Source of the DNA: Eledone cirrhosa
Taxonomy: Eukaryota
DNA length: 64,000 nt
Assembly: GCA_964016885.1 (NCBI GenBank)
Contig: OZ024747.1
Span: forward strand, 55,986,001 to 56,050,000
Reading direction: 5' to 3'
In this document: positions 55,175-64,000 of the stretch, one piece after another
Layout: each line of letters starts with the position of its first letter
Position numbering within the stretch: position 1 is the first letter of the stretch
Position numbers and translations under genes: made by a program
The notes under the pieces: generated by a model
What the model saw: the letters and a program-made list of their open reading frames with translations, nothing else
Told to the model about the DNA's origin: nothing
Database searches by the model: none

Positions 55175-56559
55175 TTGTGCATGTGTATCTTTATAGACGT
55201 AGATATAGGTAGATAGACTTGTTACATACGTACATACATACACATTTATGTGTGTGTGTTTGTACAAGTAAATATGTATGTTTGTTATTTTCTTTAATTT
55301 TCTTTGTTGTATCTGATGTATATATAAGAATACAAGGATATTAATTCTGTAATATGGTGCTTGTTCTCTAGACATTTGTCCACCTCAGATAAAGATTACA
55401 AATGATAATTTTCTATTCTCTTTGCTTTCCAGTTTGCTCTGTAAATTTTCTTCATTTTGATACAAACACACTCACCTACATATAACTATCCATCCATCCA
55501 TCTCTCTCTCTCTCTCTCTCTCTCTCACATATGTATATATACATATGTGTGTGTGTGAGCAGAGAATGCACACAGTCGCAACAGACAGCACCATCCTTTC
55601 TACATCAGCCACCTTGTTGGTATGCAATTTTGTGCATTCAGGTGGTATTACACTTGATATGGCAGTTTGCACAGCAGATTGGGGAGCAACTCTATTGGTA
55701 AGATGCATATGAGATGATAACAAAACAAAGACTGAACCTGAAAATTTATGAATGTCCTTCAATAAAAGCAGAAATTAATTTATAAAAAATTAGAAATTAG
55801 AAATAGACAATGGACTTAGCATGTAAAATGTACATGTTAACGCCGGAAGGAATGGAAAGTTAGAAAAGATGTCTTTTATCAGGTGATTGAGGGTCTGTCA
55901 TAGAGCTGAAGAAATGTGTTCTACTAATTAAATGGCTGAGAAACAAAGACCAAAGAGTGAGTCAAGTGTCAGAGAAGAAGTAGATGTAAGAACTATAGTG
56001 GAGGAAACAAGAAGAGGGTGGAAGATAGGGAGGATAGAAAAGGAGAGTAGAGATGGGATCATACAGAGAACAATCAGGAAATAGTGGAAAGAAGAGATCA
56101 TGAGAGTTAACATGTGGCAGTTTATCAAAGCATGGAACATATTAGCATTAATACATATAAATATAGTATCAGCAGAAAATACACACATTTACATAAGACA
56201 AAAAGACACTTGCATCTGTACCTCATCAGCCACATAGCTGGCATACAATTTCTCGCATTAAACATGGTATTACAATTGTGATTCCACTTTCAACAGGCAG
56301 CATAATGGGATAATTCTAGAGTGATACAAAAGTGGAAAGTTGATATGAAGGGAGATGAATGATAGTTGATAGATTAATGTAGAGAGGAAAGAGGGCAGAA
56401 TATGGATAATTAATACATATTGTGTCACTAAAGTAGTAGCTGTCATTAGTTTAACAGCAATTTCTTCTTAATTTTGTTATTTTTTGCCCACTTATTTCTG
56501 AGAAAGTTGTGTGAGAAGAGCCCTCAGAAACTCCTACCAGCAGGTCCTCTCAGAAGCAA

Positions 56560-56960
56560 CTGTCTCCAATTGATCCAGCTAGATGCCCAAGTGAGACCAA
56601 TTAAACTCATGGATGTTATCCAACCATCTGGATGTTATCCTACCTCTGGATGTTATCCTACCCCTGGGTCTCCTGCTGCTTGGTTTTGCCTGCAAAATCT
56701 GTCCAGCAATTCTTTTCTGAGACATTCTAACCATATGCCTATAGTATTGGAGCTGTGATCTCTCAATTTGGAGAAGTAACGGCTCTACCTGGAGTGATTC
56801 TCTGAAGAATTGCAGCAGAGACGATAAAGGCATCAAAAGTTAAGACAAAGGAGAATTTTGGAGTTAAGCTGGAATCTGACTTCAGATCAGCATATAAAGT
56901 GTTCTGGCAGACCATCTGCCAACTTTGTAATAAGAAGCCCTCCTTCACAGCTGCAAATAG
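56560..56960 (-). mobile_element. Old RTE-like LINE fragment
   Basis: IERSQLQYYRHMVRM...RRPRGR...RWLD. Confidence 0.65.
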
Positions 56961-57463
56961 CATCTGATGAGATAAATAGTAATTGATTTATTCGGCAATT
57001 TCATAGTTAGTGCTCACATTATGCTGAGAGTGGTGAGAGGTATCAGTGAAACCAAGTAGAAAACCACTAGATGGCTATTTTATGTGCTAGACATGGCAGG
57101 AAACTTCACTGAAATCGCAACATATCATAAATAAGGAAAAGACAGAGATTAATTTTTCCCATTATATTGCACTCATTTGATTCAAATGAATTTTGACTCT
57201 TTTCTACAAATACTTGTATCTCCTTTACTTTAATTATGAGGTCAACTTTGCCTTTCATCCTTCCAGTGTTGCTAAAATAAAGAACTGGTAGACTACTGGG
57301 ATTGATTTATTTGACTTTCCCCTCTACCAAATTTTTGCCTATCTTAAAAACGATTATTATATAGCAAGAAAATCAATCAAAAGAGAAATATTTATATGTA
57401 GAGAAGAATTGATACTAATGAAAATTTGAACTTAGTATGCCCTAGGTTTGAAATTACTGCATT

Positions 57464-57648
57464 AAATAATTGTTTCTACTTTTGGCACAAGGCCAGCAAT
57501 TACCCAGTACATTACTGGTACTTTATTTTATCGCCCCCGTAAGGATGAAAGGCAAAGTTAACCTCGGCGAACTCAGACCATAAAGGGACGTAACTATGCT
57601 GGAAAGCATGGCGTCCGACCCTCTACCAATACTGCCAATTCACCGCTC
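57464..57648 (-). mobile_element. SINE B with target-site duplication
   Basis: Family match; ttactgcattaaataat occurs on both sides. Confidence 0.85.
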
Positions 57649-57901
57649 CTTACTGCATTAAATAATGTAGTCAAAGATACCTTTATAAACACTGAAGAGT
57701 TACGACTGGAACACCTTTAATTATAAGACTGGTTCACTAATGTTGACCTTGGGTTAAACACATGTGACAACAATGAATATGACTATGTAGGTTCTGTAAT
57801 GGAGAACCATATTCCATGAATATAGACACAACCCCAGTGCTGGAATGAAGATATGACCCTTTAACCCCTGGGTTAAGGTAGTGAATTAGCAGAGATGTTA
57901 A

Positions 57902-58227
57902 CCCTTTAGCATTTAAACTGGCCGTATCTGACCAGAATTCGCACACCTCTTTCTGTTCAAACTCACTTTAATTGGCTGCTCATATTTATATTAAAGTATT
58001 TTTCTCAAAATAAATAATAATTTCTACTTTTGGTACAAGGCCAGCAATTACCCCAGTGTATTACTGGTACTTTATTTTATCGACCCCGTAAGGATGAAAG
58101 GCAAAGTTAACCTCAAAATAAATAATATCAAAATCTCAGATTCAAAATTATGTGAGATAATTATGTGAAATAAGTGTTTACCAAGAAAGTACAATAGTAT
58201 ATATAGAGTAATGTAAATGCTAAATGG
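57902..58227. mobile_element. TTAA MITE family 1 with nested truncated SINE B (58020-58114, minus)
   Basis: ctcaaaataaataata duplicated at 58004-58019 and 58112-58127. Confidence 0.8.
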
Positions 58228-59148
58228 TTAGAGTATAGAATAAAATGCCTTGTGGTATTCATCCCTATTTTCTTCCCTCTGAGTTCAAATCCTGCAAGAG
58301 TCAACTTTGCTTTGCATCCGTTCAGACGCCAATGAAATAAAGTACCATCTAGACTGCAGTCTTTGGTGAAAATTAATGAAAAGCTTTGAGTTATTTATTC
58401 CAGTTCTGTATGTTCAGATTTCAAATCTTACCATAATCTCATTGAGTGCTAGACTTAAACACCACCTCCTGTCTCTTTGAGGTCTTTAGTGGTGTCCACT
58501 CTGTTGGAAGTATTCAAACTAGGTGTCCAGTTTAACCTATAACATCCTATAATGGATATAGTGGGAAAAAACCCAAATAGATTTATTAATTAAAATGCTT
58601 ATTGTATCAAAACTAATGGACAAAACCTTTGGTAAATTTACAGTATTAGTGTATAGACATTAATTTTTAATGATATGCAGTCATTTGTTTCTAAATGTTG
58701 TATTTAGAAGTTGGTTAAATAAGGATACCTGCCACCATTTCTAACTCCCAAATGTCTCTGAAGTCCTATAAAAGGTTCTAAACAACAAAAAAATAAAAAG
58801 TTAGTTCCCTAATTCACTCTAAACTCATTTATTGACACTCTCCCTCCACTACTCTCAGGCTCTTTTTGTCTCTCCCTCTCTTTCTCTATCTGCCTGTTAA
58901 ATTCATCATATATGTAGTTAGTCACATTTCTCTGTCCTGAAATGTCAGTGTATGTTGCACTAAGGTCTACTGGGGGCTATTGTGGAGCCAATTTACTATA
59001 TATCTATCTTCCCCCTAAAATCTCAGACAATTCCATATCAGAAAAGACTACTATTGTCATCTGTATTGTTATTGTTGTTCATCTTGTTATTGTTGTCTAT
59101 CTCCTTATTCTTCTAGTTGTTGCTGTCGGTGTTGCTAGTTACATAAGG

Positions 59149-59345
59149 TAATAATAATTGTTTCTACTTTTGGCACAAAGCCAGTAATTACCCCAGTGTA
59201 TTACTGGTACTTTTATTTTTATCGACTCCCGAAATGATGAAAGGCAAGCTAACCTGGTTTGGATTTGAAATCAGAACGTAAAGGGCCATAACTCTATGCT
59301 GCAAAGCATGGTGTCTGATGCTCTATCGATACTGCCAATCCCCCC
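59149..59345 (-). mobile_element. SINE B
   Basis: Family match. Confidence 0.8.
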
Positions 59346-59367
59346 CCCCCATATTATTGTCACCTTA

Positions 59368-59960
59368 TGGTGATAATAATGATTATGATGATTATGATGA
59401 TGGTTATAATGATTATGATGATGATGGTTATAATTATGATGTTGATGATAGTTATGGTGATGATGATAGATGTAGTGGGGGTGTTGATGATGGCTTGGGT
59501 TATGATGGGAGATCTTGTGGTGGTGTGCTGGTGATGATAATGATTATGATAATGATAGTATGGATAATGTAAATCCCCGGCCAAACACTACTGCCACCAC
59601 CACCACCACCACCACCAACAACAACACCACCACACATGACCACAACAACTACCACAACCACCACTACCACCGCCACACCCAACCATGACCACCACCATCA
59701 TCACCACAAGCGATGATGACGACCACCACCACACATGATAACCAATACCACCACCACCACCACAATCGCAACCACAACCACCAACGCCATACAATACAAC
59801 CACCACCACTACCACTATCAACAACAACTCAATCACAACCACCAATGCAACCACCACCACTACCACTATCAACACCACCACAATCACCACTACCACTATC
59901 AACACCACCACAATCACCACCACCACTATCAACACAACCACCAATACGTCCACCACCACA
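59368..59960. repeat. (GAT) then (CAC/AAC) triplet tracts
   Basis: Direct reading. Confidence 0.85.
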
Positions 59961-60364
59961 AATCATGTCTTCTTAAACAACTTTAGAATAATAAATGAGT
60001 TTATACATCAAAGTCGATAAAACTGGTTTAAAGCAAAATTAGAGAAAAAAATCTCATCCATTCCTGTGATTTGTTTAGCCTGTGGCAATTAAGATGTTTT
60101 TAATAAAAGTCTATAAGATATGATTATATGTAATCCATTAGAAGTTCACAATAGACTTGACAAAACTGGGTCATATTAGCTTTGATTTCATATAAGAAAA
60201 AAGATTTTAAAAAACATTAACCCTTCCGTTACTATATTTCTAATGAAATATCCTCTATTTCAATTAATTAATGAAGAATTTTGGGAGGATTTACTTAAAT
60301 TATAAAATACAAGGTGTGTGGCTTAGTGGTTACAGAATTGGATTCACAATCGTGATGTTGTGAG

Positions 60365-60683
60365 CAGTGCTGAATTTAATGGGGGGCAAAAGGTCCTCTG
60401 CAGGTCCTCTGCAGTGGAGGGGGGCAGCAATGGCCGTATGAGTTTATTTGTGCCCTCTGTAGGGCTCTTTAGTTTTAGGATGGTTAGATTTTTTAATTTA
60501 ATACCTGTTTGTATAACTTTTCATTTCCAATGACTTGTGCCAAGCTGATTTTGATATGTAAAACTGGGGGTTTGCTGTGTATTCTAATTCTTTGATTATG
60601 AGGGGGGCCCTCCCAAAACTGAAGGGCTCCAAGCTCCTGAAGCTGAAGTGCCACCTCCACCCCAAGCTCCAAATCCAGACTTG
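60365..60683. mobile_element. hAT-like non-autonomous element inserted in a SINE head
   Basis: 8-bp TSD gttgtgag at 60357-60364 and 60684-60691; degenerate CA...TG TIRs; SINE head 60314-60364 resumes at 60692. Confidence 0.65.
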
Positions 60684-61303
60684 GTTGTGAGTTTGATTTC
60701 TGGACGAGACAATGCATTATGTTCATGAGCAAGACATTTTATTTCATGTTGCGAAAGGAAGATAGTACCAGCAATGTAAAGATTAATGGAAACATTGTTT
60801 CCTTAGTTGGTGAAATTTGACAAGTTCCATCCCACTTGGAAATTGAGTGATGTCTGGTATCTTGTCGATCAATTTAATTCAGAAAAACATCCAACCATAG
60901 AAAACTTGACAAACAGAGCTGAGAAAACAATTCAGTAGAATCAAGGTCAGGGCAACCTCACGTGGGCTCGTGTTACAATAAAATACACCCAGTTCTCTCA
61001 TGAGTGAGATGTGGCCCCCCAGCCCATCTCTGAAGCCAATGGGTTCAATTGAGTGTTGGCTTGGTCTGCGACAACCCATCCAGCCGTTGCTAGCATGGAA
61101 AAGGGTATGTTAAATGATAATGAGGATGTAACTAACGATATTGTACTTACATAAAATTATGTTGGAAGATTTGAACTTAAAAAGAACCCTTTAAAATTAA
61201 TGGTTTTGTTTCTTAGAAGCAAAGCCAATTTTGGTCCAGCTTGATATCAAATGTTTGGCTTTTGAAATGCGACATTGTTTCGTCTCCTGTTGTCTGATTG
61301 GAT

Positions 61304-61622
61304 TTGCAATCGAAAGGTTGTGAGTTCAATTCTCAGACCGGGTGATGTGTTGTTTCCTTGAGCAAGACACTTTATTTCACATTGCTCCAGTTTACTCAGC
61401 TGTAGAAATGAGATGATAGGGACTGGGGTCCCTATCATTCCACTGCAAAGTGGTCGTGAAGGTGCCACGGCAAAAAAGCACCCAGCACTCACTGTAAATG
61501 AGGTTGGTGTTAGGAAGGGCATCCAGCTGTAGAAATCAAGCCAGAATCAGTTCCCGTCCCACCCTTGCAAGCAGGGAAAAGTGGACGTAAAATGAAATGA
61601 TGATGATGATGATGATGATGAT
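61304..61622 (+). mobile_element. SINE family A, 5'-truncated
   Basis: Near-identical body. Confidence 0.9.
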
Positions 61623-62059
61623 AATCAGTCTGAATATGAAGTTATGCACTCACGCACACATGTGCGCATGCACACACACACACACACACACACACAACAA
61701 TTTCCGTCTGCAAAATTCACATGGAAAGTAGTAAGTATTTGGCCTGAATTTATTGCATCTGGTTGACATGCAGTGGAGCTAACCCCCTATATGGCTATCA
61801 AGTGATGTATAGTGAAAGCAGCTTGACCAAATGGTTAAGAATTTTGCTTCACATTCATAATGCCTTGGGTTTTGATGCTATTGCTTGGTGTCTTGTGAAA
61901 ATGTCATTCATCATAGCCTCAAGTTGATCAAAGTCCTGTGAAGGAAAGTGAATAGATGAAAATGGAAATGGCTTGGAAGATCATCGGATGGAGTGTAATT
62001 CAAAGTGTCAGTCTTGTTACATAATGCATGTATCTGAATTATATTGACAAATACATTAA

Positions 62060-62280
62060 CCCTTTAGCATTTAAACTGGTCATATCCGGCCAGAATTCTC
62101 TCACCTCTTTCTGCTCAAACTGGCCATAACTGGCTGCTCATACTGATGCTAAGGTATTGTTCTCAAAATAAATAATCTCAAAATCTCATAGATTCGATAT
62201 TATGTGAGATAATTTTGTGAGGTAAAGCCTTCACCATGAAAATATAATAGTAAATATAGAGTAATGTAAATGCTAAAGGG
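62060..62280. mobile_element. TTAA MITE family 1
   Basis: TIR ccctttagcattta / taaatgctaaaggg. Confidence 0.8.
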
Positions 62281-62460
62281 TATGCCTGTTTGTGGAATGC
62301 TCAGCCACTTGAACATTAATTTTATGTGCAGGTCATTGTATCTATTTACATATACCTCTTCCTCTATCAATATCTATATCTTTATCTCTCTACCAAATAT
62401 ATTTTATCATTTATCTAACACAGATATTTGCAGATTAAAATCCCATCATCTACCCCGATC

Positions 62461-63182
62461 ACACAACCTCCACCACAACCATCACAACCACCACCACAAC
62501 CATCACAACCACCACAACCATCACAACCACCACAACAATCAACACCGCAACTACCACCAACACAACCACCACAACCATTAACACAACCACCACCGCAACT
62601 ACCACGTCAACCATCACAACCACCACAACCATCACAGCCACCACCGCAACCACCACAACCACAACCACCACTACCACCACAACCACAGCCATCACCACCA
62701 TCATCACGACCACCACCGCCACAACCACAACCATCACAACCACCACAACCATCACCACACAACCATCACAACCACCACCACAACCATCACAGCCACCACC
62801 GCAACCACCACAACCACAACCACCACAACCACAGCCATTACCACCACAACCACCACTACCACAACCACCACCACCACCACCACAACCACTACAACCACCA
62901 CCACAACCATCACCACAACCAACACAACCACCACAACCACCACAACCACCACTACCACCACCACAACCGCAACCATCACAACCACCACAAGCACCACCAC
63001 AACCATCACCACAACTACCACCACAACCATCACAGCCACCACAGCAACCACAACCATCACAGCCACCACCGCAACCACCACCATCACAGCCACCACCGCA
63101 ACCACAACCACAACCAATACCACCACCACCACCACCATCACAACCATCACAACCACCACCACAACCATCACCACAACCACCA
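62461..63182. repeat. (CAC/AAC/CAT) tract
   Basis: Direct reading. Confidence 0.92.
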
Positions 63183-63739
63183 AGCTCTACATACTTAACC
63201 ACCAACAATTCACCAATTTAACATATTCCTCTCTGCCCACACATTCACACTAGAAGTCATCAAATGATAACAATTAAAAATTTTGCCAGTCTTTAGTCTG
63301 TCATGTTTATCATATATTATAAAATTTTCCCCTTTAACTTAATGGATTAACACAAGTCTAGACCAGTCTAATCAGCTTTGCAATAATAATCAGACACCCT
63401 GTCACACACATATATATATATGTGTGTGTGTGTATGTATACACACATACACAGACATTTTCATATGTGTGTGTTTGTTTGATTTGGTTAATTAAATTCTT
63501 TCCTTTTTACTTTATTATTTTTTTTTATAATTATAGTTTTTCCTGTTTGCTTTGTCTCAGAAAAATGTTTAAAGTAAACAAAGATAAAATTTAAAAAAAA
63601 TGTTAGTATAGGAGTAAAACTATAGAAATATAGTATTCACTATATATCATTGAATCATGGTAATCATTGGCAATCAATATATAGCTTTTACATTTATTTA
63701 AATCAATTCGTCAAACTGAGACTGAACCCTATATATGGC

Positions 63740-63802
63740 TTAAGGGCTTCATTGTATTTTGGGACCCTCACTGAGGGTCCCAAAATACAATGAAGCCCTT
63801 AA
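63740..63802. repeat. Perfect palindrome, 31-bp arms, 1-nt centre
   Basis: ttaagggcttcattgtattttgggaccctca c tgagggtcccaaaatacaatgaagcccttaa. Confidence 0.95.
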
Positions 63803-64000
63803 CCAAAAGCATTTAATTTTGGGCAAACATTAGTAAAGCTGTCATGTCTTTAGCATAAATGAAAAGTCTTCCTGGTCCTTTCTATCACAAACCAGTATAC
63901 AAGTGTACTAGGTGAATTTAATGCGTACATCACCAACTTTATGGAGGTTGTCATGTCTATGAGACAACTGAGGAGTCCTCTTGTCTCTTTGTTTGTCAAG

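Noticed and set aside
55600-56320. Two diverged ~95-bp similar segments (near 55600 and 56222)
   Set aside because: Probably old repeat fragments; too degenerate to classify.

Overview
AT-rich, repeat-saturated eukaryotic intronic or intergenic DNA. The SINE families and microsatellite load resemble cephalopod (Octopus-like) genomes, which is an inference from recall. I find no supportable host protein-coding gene; nearly all listed ORFs are read-through of simple repeats. The window holds (TA)n, (TACA)n, (GTT)n, (AGT)n and (CAC)n tracts, three tRNA-headed SINE families, RTE, CR1 and Tx1 LINE 3' fragments, a Chapaev-like transposase relic, several MITEs (TTAA-, TA- and 8-bp-TSD types) and a Penelope-like element with inverted pseudo-LTRs. 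Three signals stand out. (1) About a dozen dispersed minimal type I hammerhead ribozyme motifs (CUGANGA..GAAA, palindromic stem III), mostly in short (TA)n-flanked elements, some with inverted arms; one group shows covarying stem II sequences around a conserved pyrimidine-C mismatch. (2) Tx1-type LINE copies that appear to target (CTAT)n and (ATT)n microsatellites, with a SINE whose tail resembles the Tx1 3' end. (3) Several long near-perfect palindromes, plus minisatellites born inside retroelements. All structures were folded by eye.
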